The notes below the pieces were generated by a model. The model saw nothing but the letters and a program-made list of their open reading frames with translations, searched no databases and was not told where the DNA came from. Positions 35,989 to 45,684 of a stretch of DNA of 64,000 bases are shown piece after piece; positions within the stretch are counted from its first letter, which is position 1; each line of letters opens with the position of its first letter. Made by a program: the position numbers and the translations under genes. The stretch is from Nitrospirota bacterium. GTDB lineage: Bacteria; Nitrospirota; Thermodesulfovibrionia; Thermodesulfovibrionales; UBA9159. Location of the stretch: assembly GCA_963699545.1 (NCBI GenBank), contig CAVOUE010000012.1:32001-96000 (forward strand). The letters are read 5' to 3'.

Positions 35989-36065
35989 GGTTTACCCCAG
36001 TTCCCTTACAAGAGTGAAGCCGGTCGTTTCATTGCCTCTGCCCTAAGAGCCGTTGTAGCCGATAC

Positions 36066-36215
36066 TCACTTTGAGAAATATGCAGTGTGGTGTACTTCAT
36101 CTTCTAAGTAATACCGCAGCCATTTCTTATAGAAGTTGCGCTGAGTGGAAGGAACAGCCCGCTTTTCCAGGAGTGAAATAAATCGCGTCAATGTCTCAGG
36201 CGGTATAGTGAGCAT
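36066..36215 (-). pseudogene. Truncated integron-integrase-like N-terminal fragment
   Basis: Manual translation MLTIPPETLTRFISLLEKRAVPSTQRNFYKKWLRYYL(EDEVHHTAYFSK*). From recall, this resembles the N-terminal extension of long IntI proteins of Desulfobacterota-type integrons. SD GGAG; divergent from the attI-like site. Confidence 0.6.
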
Positions 36216-36270
36216 AGAATATTTCTCCGATAGGTGTATTCATTCCATTTGCGGTGTTAACCGACAAGTG

Positions 36271-36299
36271 AGTATAATTATATTCATGGGTTATGTCAA
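36271..36299 (-). promoter_or_regulatory. Near-consensus sigma70 promoter driving the intI-like fragment
   Basis: Minus strand TTGACA-17nt-TATACT. Confidence 0.7.
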
Positions 36300-36334
36300 A
36301 TTTTGTTATACAAGAAAGCCTGTTTCTGCTATAC

Positions 36335-36364
36335 TTGTTTTGTCGCTTAATAACATTGTTAGGT
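36335..36364 (+). other. attI-like recombination site
   Basis: TGTCGCTTAATAACATT-GTTAGGT. GTTRRRY core at 36358-36364, 4 nt before the ATG of the next gene; extended -10 TGCTATACT just upstream. Confidence 0.5.
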
Positions 36365-36368
36365 GCCT

Positions 36369-37292
36369 ATGACAAAGATGAAACGCACAACTCGAGTCGC
36401 GCAGCTCATTATGGCTCATTGGCTCGTCACTGTGATCGTGCTCCTTGCTGCTTTTCCACAGCGAGCGATGGCGCAGACGCCCGCAAGAGGCGACCAAGAC
36501 TGCGAGCAGCTTAAGGAAGATATCAAGACGCTCCAAGAGGAGCTTGTGAGCGAAGTCGCGTCAGTTACCAATCTTCAACAAAGCTTTGCGACAACAGATC
36601 GAAAGCTTCAGACCTTTGACGATAAATTTAAGGTTTACCTCAACAACACTTCTATTAATCCTGCTTTTGGTGAAGACGAGCGTGCAAAAATCCTTGAAGC
36701 TCGCCGACAAATAGTACTTCACCGCAGTAAGCTCAAAAATCAACTCGAGGAAGCCAAGCTTACAATCCAGGCCCTCAAGGACACCCTTGCCGATCTCTTA
36801 AACAAACTAGGCGACTGCGGCTCGAAAAAGTCAGAACCCAAGCCATCGCCTTCGCCCATCTCGGGTACGACCAAAGGCGCGATTGATTCCTGTCTCGTCG
36901 GCACATGGCGCTCCGAGTCGATCGTTTCGGAAGTCGGCTACAAAGGTGGCGCCGGTATCGTGTTGACCATCAAGCCCGATGGCTTGGAGACGATCGACTA
37001 CAACGGCATGAAGCCTATCGAAGGAAACGGCGAGACCCATTTATGGCGGGGAGTCGTCGAAGCGTACTTCACCACGAGTAACGGCACAGCCACGGTTACG
37101 AAGGCCGGAAAAACCGATTTGACCGTCAAAGAGACTTACCGAGACGGTCACACGACGGAGAAAAACACCAAGGCATTAGGTCTGGCCGCGTTGGGCAACT
37201 ATTCCACCGACCGGAGCTATACCTGCGACGGGACTACGCTCATATTCAAAAGCCCGCTACACACCGCCACATTCAAGCGAGAAAAGAAATAG
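36369..37292 (+). CDS. Secreted hypothetical protein (signal peptide, coiled coil, Pro/Ser linker, beta-rich C-terminal domain)
   Basis: Hydrophobic segment ending AMA-Q, heptad region, CLVGTWRSES beta domain. Start could be 36369 or 36378. Confidence 0.75.
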   Translation: MTKMKRTTRVAQLIMAHWLVTVIVLLAAFPQRAMAQTPARGDQDCEQLKEDIKTLQEELVSEVASVTNLQQSFATTDRKLQTFDDKFKVYLNNTSINPAFGEDERAKILEARRQIVLHRSKLKNQLEEAKLTIQALKDTLADLLNKLGDCGSKKSEPKPSPSPISGTTKGAIDSCLVGTWRSESIVSEVGYKGGAGIVLTIKPDGLETIDYNGMKPIEGNGETHLWRGVVEAYFTTSNGTATVTKAGKTDLTVKETYRDGHTTEKNTKALGLAALGNYSTDRSYTCDGTTLIFKSPLHTATFKREKK

Positions 37293-37306
37293 CAAAGGAG
37301 TCCATC

Positions 37307-38269
37307 ATGGAAAGAAAATATCTTGCCGCTGTCGTAATGACGTTGCTCGCCGCCGGCTTCACCGCTTCCGCCACCGCGCAGGACATCGCCGGAAGCTCCG
37401 ACCATCCGGTAGTCGCCCGCTACAAGGGCGCCACGATCCGCGCCCAGAACCGGCAGGAGTTCGAGGCCTTCACTGTGCCTCTCGGCCCGGCCGATAAGTC
37501 TGAAAAGAAATTCAAGAAAGAAGAGCAGCTCGAGGGCAAGGTGGTGAAGACGCTGTACCAGGCTCCCGCCGGCGCTTCGCCGCTCGCCGTTTCTCGCAGC
37601 TACGAAGACGCGCTCAAGCAGTCCGGCTTCGAAACCCTGTACGCCTGCTCGCCCAAACAGTGCAACGAGGAAGGGAGGGTAGCGGTCACCCTCGGGTATT
37701 CGGGGACCTATTTAACACAGCTCGGAGGGCGTTCGCCGGACGACGCGGGAACGTATCTGTTCACTGCGCGCCACCCTAAGAACAATGTCTACGTGGTCGT
37801 CGTCGCGTTCAATATTTATGGCGATCCTGCCAGGGTATTTTATACGGTGAATGTGGTCGAGGTGAAACCGATGCAAACAGAGATGGTGGTCGTGAAGGCT
37901 GAAGCGCTCGCCATCGACATCACCAAACTCGGCCACGCGTCCATCTACGGCATCTACTTCGACACAGGCAAATCGGTGATCAAGCCGGAGTCGAAGCAGG
38001 CGATCGAGGAAATCGCCAAGCTCTTAAACTCGCAGGCGACGCTCAAGCTCCACGTTGTGGGGCATACCGACAACGTTGGAACTCTCGCCTCAAACATGAC
38101 GCTTTCAAAGCAGCGGGCCGAAGCTGTGGTGAAGGCCTTAGTGAACGACCATCGCATCGCCGCGTCACGCCTGATTGCCAACGGCGTCGGCCCGCTGGCG
38201 CCGGTGGCCTCGAACGCCGCCGAAGAAGGACGGGCCAAGAATCGTCGCGTCGAACTGGTTGCGCAATAG
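37307..38269 (+). CDS. OmpA-family peptidoglycan-binding protein with a DUF4892-like N-terminus
   Basis: Signal peptide, DIAGSSDHPVVARY, IYFDTGK, VVGHTD, LSKQRA, KNRRVELV. Confidence 0.92.
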   Translation: MERKYLAAVVMTLLAAGFTASATAQDIAGSSDHPVVARYKGATIRAQNRQEFEAFTVPLGPADKSEKKFKKEEQLEGKVVKTLYQAPAGASPLAVSRSYEDALKQSGFETLYACSPKQCNEEGRVAVTLGYSGTYLTQLGGRSPDDAGTYLFTARHPKNNVYVVVVAFNIYGDPARVFYTVNVVEVKPMQTEMVVVKAEALAIDITKLGHASIYGIYFDTGKSVIKPESKQAIEEIAKLLNSQATLKLHVVGHTDNVGTLASNMTLSKQRAEAVVKALVNDHRIAASRLIANGVGPLAPVASNAAEEGRAKNRRVELVAQ

Positions 38270-38330
38270 TACAGACGATTAAGGGGAAGCCTCTTCTTTT
38301 TTTGCTTAATGTAGGAAACGCAGGGACACT

Positions 38331-38463
38331 GAGCTTGTCTAAAAACTGGCATTCCCATAAAAAGTCGTCATTCTCGCGAAGGCGGGAATCCAGTCTTTTC
38401 AATACGTTCTGGATCCCCCGGTCAAGCCGGAGGATGACAAATACTGACTTTTTAGACAGGCTC
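38331..38463. mobile_element. 133-bp MITE with an internal palindromic element
   Basis: TIRs GAGCTTGTCTAAAAA / TTTTTAGACAGGCTC (14/15 match). Flanked by direct repeat CACT (38327-30, 38464-67). Internal GTCATTCTCGCGAAGGCGGGAATCCAG...CTGGATCCCCCGGTCAAGCCGGAGGATGAC. Confidence 0.8.
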
Positions 38464-38533
38464 CACTTCCCATATTTGTCATGACTAGAAAAGGCAAGCA
38501 GGAAGACTGAAGAGATGAAGAGAAATGCAAACC

Positions 38534-38872
38534 CTACGGCGCTTTGTACAACAGCGTCCTTTTCCAGTAGTCGAGATGTTCAGAGAGCCCTGAGACGTCG
38601 ATATCGTCTTCTTTGATAGTGACAAGAAACTGGGTATTTTTCAGATACCTCAGAACGAGAACGTCGAGGGCCTTCTCGGTGCTGTGAAGTTCACCAACGC
38701 ACGTCACCCCGTTGACGAACCTGTCGATGTTCTCTTCCTCAGCGCTCATCAGGGCAAGGTTCTCGGCCTCACTCCTCATACACGAGCGCTGAATTGATGC
38801 CATCATGTTCTCATGGGAGATCATCCCCTTCATCACCTCGGCAACTTTCGTCAAAAAAGCGGTCTTATGCAC
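38534..38872 (-). CDS. Hypothetical protein
   Basis: 112-aa ORF with SD-like GGAGGAAGGG upstream, host-like codon usage, same strand as its neighbours. Confidence 0.7.
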   Translation of the reverse strand: MHKTAFLTKVAEVMKGMISHENMMASIQRSCMRSEAENLALMSAEEENIDRFVNGVTCVGELHSTEKALDVLVLRYLKNTQFLVTIKEDDIDVSGLSEHLDYWKRTLLYKAP

Positions 38873-38923
38873 CTGTTCCCTTCCTCCTGTGGCCTGATTC
38901 TTATCACGCCAAATCTTTCTTGT

Positions 38924-39346
38924 TCATTTCGGCACCCACACCTTGCCTTTGTCAATGACATGCTCGACATGCCATCCCCTCCTGTGCAACTCCCTGGAGA
39001 TCCATTTCCTGTGGCATTTCCAGGGGAACCGCTCTGCGCAGATAATCACTGAAAGCTTCTGTGCGGCAATCGCTTCCAGTGCGTCGATCCCGCGCATAAA
39101 GTCGTCGGTGACAGTATAGGCGATGTATCCGCCCTTCCTCAGCCCGCCCAGCTCAGCGCCGAGATAATGATATTCCAACCCTTCGTTCTTTAGGAGGCCC
39201 TCAAGGTAGTTCCTGTTGAAGGTCGGGATCTTGCTCTTTGGGACACTCCTGACATCAATGAGGGACTCGATTGCGTATGCATGGAGGATTTCGACAAAAT
39301 CCTCTTCGCTTCTCCTGTTAGTTCCGAGGGTGAATATCCTCTTCAA
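38924..39346 (-). CDS. DUF488 family protein
   Basis: IFTLGT, LIDVRSVP, ELGGLR, ICAERFPWKCHR. Confidence 0.9.
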   Translation of the reverse strand: MKRIFTLGTNRRSEEDFVEILHAYAIESLIDVRSVPKSKIPTFNRNYLEGLLKNEGLEYHYLGAELGGLRKGGYIAYTVTDDFMRGIDALEAIAAQKLSVIICAERFPWKCHRKWISRELHRRGWHVEHVIDKGKVWVPK

Positions 39347-39385
39347 TCTTCTTCACCGGGCCGGGGGGCGCGTCACCGGGTCGCG

Positions 39386-40366
39386 TCAGCTGCTGATTTC
39401 GCCGTCAACCGGGGGTGCACATCTCCCATATACCTCATCCAGCACCTCTTTCGCGCCCTTGGACAGGATGTCTTCGGCAAGGGAAATACCGAGGGATTCC
39501 GCTTCATCCATGCGTCCTTTGATATGAGCTTTCACGATCCTGTCACCGCTCACTCTCCCCACCAGGCCGTCCATTATGACCATTCCGCCGGCGAGCTTGG
39601 CATGGGCGGCGATAGGGACCTGACACCCCCCCTCGAGTTTCTTCAGGAAAGCCCTTTCCGCCCTGACACACACTGAGGTATCGGAATGGTTCAGCGGCGC
39701 GATAAGATTGTTAACGAATTCATCGCCGGTCCTGCATTCGATACCGATGGCTCCCTGCCCTATGGCGGGAAGGCTGATCTCCATCGAAATGACCTCCGTT
39801 ATCCTGCCGGCCCATCCCAGCCTCTTCACGCCGGCAGCAGCAAGAATAATGGCATCGAACCGGCCCTCATCGAGCTTCCTGAGTCTGGTGTCAAGGTTCC
39901 CTCTCAGTTGCTCAATTTTCAGGTCGGGTCTGATACTGAGCAGTTGGCATGAACGCCTCAAACTGCTTGTTCCGATGGTCGCGCCATCGGGTAGCTCGCT
40001 GAAGCTCTTTATCTTCCATGTATTGTTTTCTTTTCTTGTGATGAGGGCATCCCGCGGGTCTTCCCTCTTGCATATGACCGGAAGGTACAGTCCTTCAGGA
40101 AAATCCGTAGGCACATCCTTCATGCTGTGAACGGCCAGATCAGCCCCTCCGCTGAGGAGCGCCTCTTCTATCTCTTTCACGAAAAGGCCCTTGCCCCCCA
40201 CCATAGCCAAGGGGACGTCCAGGATCTTGTCGCCGGTGGTCTTGATCTTGTTCAATTCCACCTCAAGACCGGGGTGGAGCCTCTGCAGTTCGGCCTTGAC
40301 CCATTCCGCCTGCCACAGGGCAAGCTTGCTTCCTCTGGTTCCGATAATGACCCTCTGCTTACCCAT
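39386..40366 (-). CDS. hemC: Hydroxymethylbilane synthase
   Basis: [34 protein letters not shown]. Confidence 0.98.
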   Translation of the reverse strand: MGKQRVIIGTRGSKLALWQAEWVKAELQRLHPGLEVELNKIKTTGDKILDVPLAMVGGKGLFVKEIEEALLSGGADLAVHSMKDVPTDFPEGLYLPVICKREDPRDALITRKENNTWKIKSFSELPDGATIGTSSLRRSCQLLSIRPDLKIEQLRGNLDTRLRKLDEGRFDAIILAAAGVKRLGWAGRITEVISMEISLPAIGQGAIGIECRTGDEFVNNLIAPLNHSDTSVCVRAERAFLKKLEGGCQVPIAAHAKLAGGMVIMDGLVGRVSGDRIVKAHIKGRMDEAESLGISLAEDILSKGAKEVLDEVYGRCAPPVDGEISS

Positions 40367-41639
40367 TTTTCTCCTCATCGTTCCCATTCAACTCATACAG
40401 CTTCCTCACCGCGGCGATGAGGACGTCTTTATCCTCAACGTCATCTTTCAGGGCGACTGTCGGCGGATGGATGAGCTTGTTCGTAATGGCAGTTGCCATG
40501 TACTCAATCGCCTTGCGTTCCTTTTCCCCCAGATCAGGGAATTTATTCATAAGCCGTTCCAGTTCCTCTCTCTTTATGCTCTCGGCCTTATTCCTCAGGG
40601 CGACCACCGTAGGCACGGAGTCGAGGGAGGTGACCCACCTTTGGAAGGAGTCGATCTCCTCCTCAACGATGTCCTCCGCTTTCTTAGCCTCCTTCTGCCG
40701 CTCCATGATATTGGAGTCCACAACACCCCGCAGGTCATCTACATCATAAAGATACACGTTATCGAGATCATTGATCGCCGGGTCGATATTCCTCGGCACC
40801 GAGATATCGATGATGAATACCGGCCGCTGCCTCCTCTCTTTCATCACCCGCTGCATCTCCTCTCTGTGGAGAACGTAGGTGGGCGCTCCCGTGGAGCAGA
40901 AGATGATATCAGAATGGACCATTTCTTCCAGAAAGTCCTCGAATTTGATCGCACGGCCATTGAACTCCGCCGCCAGTTCGCATCCCCGCTCAAACGTTCT
41001 GTTCGCAACGGTGACGCTCTTCACGCCGAAGCTCATCATGTGCTTTGCCGCCAGTTCGGCCATTTCACCTGCTCCCAGCAGCATAAAAGACTTTTCCGGC
41101 AGGTCGGTGAATATCTTCCTCGCCAGTTCCACCGCGGCAAAACTGATCGAGACAGCACTCTCCGCTATCTTTGTTTCCGTCCTCACCCGCTTTGCAACGG
41201 ATATGCTCTTCTTCATCAGGCGGTTCAGCAGAATGCCGGTGGTCTTCTTCTCGAGGGCGAACTCGAAGGCGTCCTTCACCTGACCGAGGATCTGTGGTTC
41301 ACCCACGACCATGGAGTCAAGACTCGACCCGACCCTGAACGTGTGCCTCACTGCGTCGCGATCCTTATGGAGGTACAGAGACCGGTCAAGAGCTGCCCTG
41401 TCCAACCCGTGGAAATCCGAGAGAAATGTCTTCATGGTAGCAAATGCCTTCTCAGGGTCGTTCACATTGGAGTATATTTCCACCCGGTTACAGGTTGAAA
41501 GCACTATGGCCTCATCAAAGCCGGGGAGCTGCCTTATCCTGAGCAGTCCCTGCTCCAGTTTCTCTCCGTTAAAGGCAAGCTTTTCCCTGACATCCACGTC
41601 AGCGGTCTTATGGTTTAATCCGATTACGATGATCTTCAT
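40359..41639 (-). CDS. hemA: Glutamyl-tRNA reductase
   Basis: [42 protein letters not shown]. Confidence 0.98.
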   Translation of the reverse strand: MKIIVIGLNHKTADVDVREKLAFNGEKLEQGLLRIRQLPGFDEAIVLSTCNRVEIYSNVNDPEKAFATMKTFLSDFHGLDRAALDRSLYLHKDRDAVRHTFRVGSSLDSMVVGEPQILGQVKDAFEFALEKKTTGILLNRLMKKSISVAKRVRTETKIAESAVSISFAAVELARKIFTDLPEKSFMLLGAGEMAELAAKHMMSFGVKSVTVANRTFERGCELAAEFNGRAIKFEDFLEEMVHSDIIFCSTGAPTYVLHREEMQRVMKERRQRPVFIIDISVPRNIDPAINDLDNVYLYDVDDLRGVVDSNIMERQKEAKKAEDIVEEEIDSFQRWVTSLDSVPTVVALRNKAESIKREELERLMNKFPDLGEKERKAIEYMATAITNKLIHPPTVALKDDVEDKDVLIAAVRKLYELNGNDEEKNG

Positions 41640-42451
41640 ACGAATGCATGCAAACCTTTCAGGAGAAGATTGACGCCGAAAAAGGTAAAGATCACGCTGA
41701 TGAATCCCACAATGGAGAGCACAGCGGCTTTCCTCCCCCGCCATCCCGCAGTCAACCGTGCGTGAAGAACCAGGACGTAGATGAACCACGTGATGAGGGA
41801 CCAGACCTCTTTGGGGTCCCACCTCCAGTAACTGCCCCAGGCACTCTCCGCCCAGATAGCCCCGGTGATGATGGCGAGGGTGAGAAGAGGAAACCCGAGG
41901 ATTATGAGCTTGTAGTTCACTTCATCCAGGATCTGCAGGTTCGGCAGCCGCTGGAAGAGCCCTCCCAGATGCTTTGTCTTAAGGTGATGTTCCTGGATGA
42001 GATACATGATGCTGATGCCGAAGGCCATGGCAAAGGCGGCATCCCCGAGAAAAGCAAGAAAGGTGTGAATGCCCAGCCAGTAACTCTGGAGCACGGGGCT
42101 CAATTCCTTTATTTCCCTCGGAAAGACGGACGACGAGAGCATGAGGACAAACACCACAGGCATGATAAAGGGACCGAGGAGATCAAGCCGGTACCGGTAT
42201 TCCAGAAAAAAGAAGATGAGGACGATGCACCAGGTATAAAACGAAGACGCCTCATGAAGACTGACGATGGGGAGATGCCCCGCAATCACGTATCGTGCGA
42301 TGATGTTTGCGGTATGGAAAGCGAACCCCACCACGGCAAAGATAAAGATCAATCGGGAAGTGGCCTTTGAGCCCCTGAAGAGCTCCACGATGCTGACAAT
42401 AGTGGCCGCAAAATAAAACGTGAGGCTGAGCTCAAAGAGAAGGACACCCAT
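41636..42451 (-). CDS. ccsA: Cytochrome c biogenesis protein (CcsA/CcsB family, WWD domain)
   Basis: GAIWAESAWGSYWRWDPKEVWS; multiple TM segments. Confidence 0.93.
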   Translation of the reverse strand: MGVLLFELSLTFYFAATIVSIVELFRGSKATSRLIFIFAVVGFAFHTANIIARYVIAGHLPIVSLHEASSFYTWCIVLIFFFLEYRYRLDLLGPFIMPVVFVLMLSSSVFPREIKELSPVLQSYWLGIHTFLAFLGDAAFAMAFGISIMYLIQEHHLKTKHLGGLFQRLPNLQILDEVNYKLIILGFPLLTLAIITGAIWAESAWGSYWRWDPKEVWSLITWFIYVLVLHARLTAGWRGRKAAVLSIVGFISVIFTFFGVNLLLKGLHAFV

Positions 42452-43145
42452 CAGAAGCAACCGAGCTCGCAGTCCGTAATCTTTATCTTTAGCTCGTCAG
42501 CTGCGTCGCCCACTTCCTTGAAAGTGACAGAAAGTCTTTTTGCGATCTCCCTCGCACCGGGACAGGAGATCTTCCCGTCGGTCGAACCTTCCTTCAATGA
42601 TGCCCTTATCTTTTCCTTCTTGTCGATCATTTCCTTTATATACCTGAGAAAGGAGTCAGAATCGTCAATACTGCTCCGGAATCTTCTGGCCTCCCCTTTT
42701 TGTCTCCAGGGAGAAATCTCTGTCGGCGACGACCACGTCGGCCCTTCTGAGGAGTCCCTTCGCGGTATCCTTTATCGTTGATGATTCGCTCCCAGATATG
42801 AATATTATAATATCCGGCCTTAAAAACTCAATTGCGCTGTTGCCTTCCACGATGATTCCCCTGAGGTCAGACAGCCTCTCCACTGCCGTGGGGAGAACGT
42901 CTTCAAGGCCTGAAGGAGGGGACTGGACCCAAAGGACCCTTTCAGCGCCGGCATCCAGCAGTTCTCCTTGTGTCCTTGCCCTCCTCCGAAAGGGTTTCCC
43001 TGTCATCAGTGATCGATGAATAGAGGCCGGTCTTCGTATATTTTATGGCTCCCCATCCCTTGAAGTGACGGAGAAGGAATGAGGCACACGTGGTCTTGCC
43101 GACACCGCTGTGGGCACCGCCGATGCCTATGATGATGGGACGCAT
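42451..43145 (-). CDS. MobB-like P-loop NTPase, apparently fused to a small Cys-containing C-terminal domain (two frameshifts, near 42965 and 42695)
   Basis: GGAHSGVGKTT, GKDT, IIVEGNS. Continues after an A/G homopolymer as ...RYIKEMIDKKEKIRASLKEGSTDGKISCPGAREIAKRLSVTFKEVGDAADELKIKITDCELGCF*. Confidence 0.65.
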
Positions 43146-43164
43146 AGTCAGCGGCTACCCGGCA

Positions 43165-45471
43165 CTAACCGGACACGACAGCCGTGACAGCGTCTTCCGT
43201 CAGCAGTTTTTCCTGATAGCCGCACTCTTTCCTGTGGCAAAAGAGTATGGCCTGCCCTGTTTTGTCCCTCTTTGTGAGGAGAAAGCCAGCACCGCAGTTC
43301 GGGCACTTCTTCGGAACAGGCTTGCTCCACGTGGCGAATGTGCATTTCGGGTAATTGCCGCAGCTCCAGAATGACTTCCCCCTCTTGGTACGTCGCTCCA
43401 CGATATCGCCTCCATCCTCCGGACACTTCACTCCTGTGGAAAGGGGCTTTGTGGTCTTGCATTCAGGATAGCGGGAGCATGCAAGGAACTTCCCGAAACG
43501 GCCGGACTTGAGCACCATGGGCGAGCCGCATACCGGGCATTTCTCTTCAGTCACCTGCGCAGGGGGCTGCGGCTCCTGGCCTTCCAGCGGGCGGGTATTC
43601 TTGCAGCCCGGATATCCGGAACATGCCATGAATCTTCCGTGTCTTCCCCATTTTATCACCATGGGCATTCCGCATTTCTCGCATATGATATCCGTGGGGA
43701 TATCCGCAGGCTTTACCCTCTCCGTGGACTTTGTGGCTTCCGAAAGGTCGCGGCTGAAAGGTTTATAGAAATCCTTCACCACCTTAACCCACTTCATTCT
43801 GCCTTCCTCCACGCTGTCCAGTTCATCCTCCATTTTTGCGGTGAAACCGATATCGATAAGTTCGGGGAACTTATCAACAAGGAGGTCGTTGACCACCGCT
43901 CCCAGTTCAGTCGGCGAGAACCTTCCCTCCATCTTCTGCACATACTTCCTGTCCTGAACAGTCGAAAGGATTGCCGCATACGTGCTCGGTCTCCCGATAC
44001 CTTTTTCCTCTAGGACCTTCACAAGGGTAGCCTCTGTATAACGGGGCGGCGGCTGGGTAAAGTGCTGAGAGGGCTTTACCTCTATGAGTTTCAGCGCGTC
44101 GCCTGCCTTCAACTGGGGGAGTATCCCCCCTTCCTCTTCCTCTATCTCGTCCTTGCTTTCCGTGTAAAGGGCCATGAAACCGTCAAACCTCACCACAGTC
44201 CCGGATGCCCTGATCTCAAAGGTCTTCCCGGCATTTTCGACGATGAAGGAGGTCTGTTCAAGGCGGGCGTGTGACATCTGGCTCGCAATGAACCTGTTCC
44301 ATATGAGGGCGTACAGATTGTTTTGGTCCTTCGAGAGGAACTGCTTTATGGCCTCCGGCGGTCTGCTCATATCAGTGGGCCTTATCGCCTCGTGAGCCTC
44401 CTGGGCGCCGCTCCTGCTTTTATAGGCAGACGGCTTTTCAGGAACGTAGTCTTTACCAAACTTCTTTTCTATATATCCTCTGGCCCACTGCTGAGCTTCA
44501 GGTGCAACTCTGACGGCATCGGTACGCATATAGGTGATCAGGCCGACAGAACCCTCCGTTCCAAGTTCGATCCCCTCATAGAGCTGCTGGGCAAGCATCA
44601 TGGTCCTTTTTGCCGTAAATCTCAGTTTCCGTGCAGCCTCCTGCTGGAGCGTGCTGGTGGTGAAGGGAGGATACGGCGACCTTTTTCTCTCCTTCTTCTC
44701 CACCTTCGAGACGGAAAGGGCCTGTTGTCCGATCTCCTCCGCGATTCTCGCAGCGTCTTCCGAGGTCCTGATGAGAAAGCGTCCCTTTCCTTCAGCCTCC
44801 CGGTTTATGACAAGGGAGCCGTGATGGCGGTAAAGTCTCGCCGCGAACGGAGGAGGAACCGGACCCTCCATCCGGACGTTGATGTTCCAGTATTCTTCTT
44901 TCTGAAAGGCTTCGATCTCCCTCTCCCTGTCAACCACAAGCCTGACGGCAACGGACTGGACCCTTCCGGCGCTGAGCCCGCGCCGCACCTTCTTCCAGAG
45001 AAGGGGACTTAACCCATATCCGACCAGCCTGTCCAGAATCCTTCTTGCCTGCTGGGCGTCCACCTTATTGGTATTCAGCCTCCCCGGGTTCCTGATCGCT
45101 TCACGCACTGCGCGTTCCGTGATCTCGTTAAACGTGACCCTGTAAATCTTTTCATTCTTTCCCTTTGATTTGGGATCAGCGATCACCGCGGAGATGTGCC
45201 ATGCAATGGCTTCACCCTCCCTGTCGGGGTCAGGAGCAAGATAGACCGCATCGGCCTCCCTTGCCGCTTTCTTCAGCTCCCTGATCACCTTCTCCTTGCC
45301 CGGGATGACCACGTATTCGGGCTCAAAATTCTTCTCGATGTTGACGCCCATCTCCTTCTTGGGAAGATCCCTGATATGGCCGATGGATGCCTTTACGGAA
45401 AAATCCTTTCCGAGAATCTTATTTATCGTGTTCGCCTTCGCAGGCGATTCAACAATTACAAGGGATTTCAC
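43165..45471 (-). CDS. topA: DNA topoisomerase I
   Basis: LVIVESPAKA, DPDREGEAIAWH, SAGRVQS, ITYMRTD, C-terminal Zn ribbons. Confidence 0.98.
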   Translation of the reverse strand: MKSLVIVESPAKANTINKILGKDFSVKASIGHIRDLPKKEMGVNIEKNFEPEYVVIPGKEKVIRELKKAAREADAVYLAPDPDREGEAIAWHISAVIADPKSKGKNEKIYRVTFNEITERAVREAIRNPGRLNTNKVDAQQARRILDRLVGYGLSPLLWKKVRRGLSAGRVQSVAVRLVVDREREIEAFQKEEYWNINVRMEGPVPPPFAARLYRHHGSLVINREAEGKGRFLIRTSEDAARIAEEIGQQALSVSKVEKKERKRSPYPPFTTSTLQQEAARKLRFTAKRTMMLAQQLYEGIELGTEGSVGLITYMRTDAVRVAPEAQQWARGYIEKKFGKDYVPEKPSAYKSRSGAQEAHEAIRPTDMSRPPEAIKQFLSKDQNNLYALIWNRFIASQMSHARLEQTSFIVENAGKTFEIRASGTVVRFDGFMALYTESKDEIEEEEGGILPQLKAGDALKLIEVKPSQHFTQPPPRYTEATLVKVLEEKGIGRPSTYAAILSTVQDRKYVQKMEGRFSPTELGAVVNDLLVDKFPELIDIGFTAKMEDELDSVEEGRMKWVKVVKDFYKPFSRDLSEATKSTERVKPADIPTDIICEKCGMPMVIKWGRHGRFMACSGYPGCKNTRPLEGQEPQPPAQVTEEKCPVCGSPMVLKSGRFGKFLACSRYPECKTTKPLSTGVKCPEDGGDIVERRTKRGKSFWSCGNYPKCTFATWSKPVPKKCPNCGAGFLLTKRDKTGQAILFCHRKECGYQEKLLTEDAVTAVVSG

Positions 45472-45684
45472 AGACCACCTCCTTCAGTTCCAGACGATTT
45501 TCTTGCCTTCACCATATACATATGAGTATATCTCATCCCTGTCAAGGGGGGTATTTTTCATAAGAAGAGAGACGAGGAGCGCCTTAATGGCATCGAGCTC
45601 TTCGTCATCCGGATGCAATGGCTCGTTCTGAGACGGATTCACAAATCTATGCGCCACAGGAATACGCCTTCTCTCTCTGAGTTC

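Noticed and set aside
38269-38330. attC site ending the integron-like cargo
   Set aside because: No RYYYAAC...GTTRRRY pair is visible, only a weak hairpin with a T tract.
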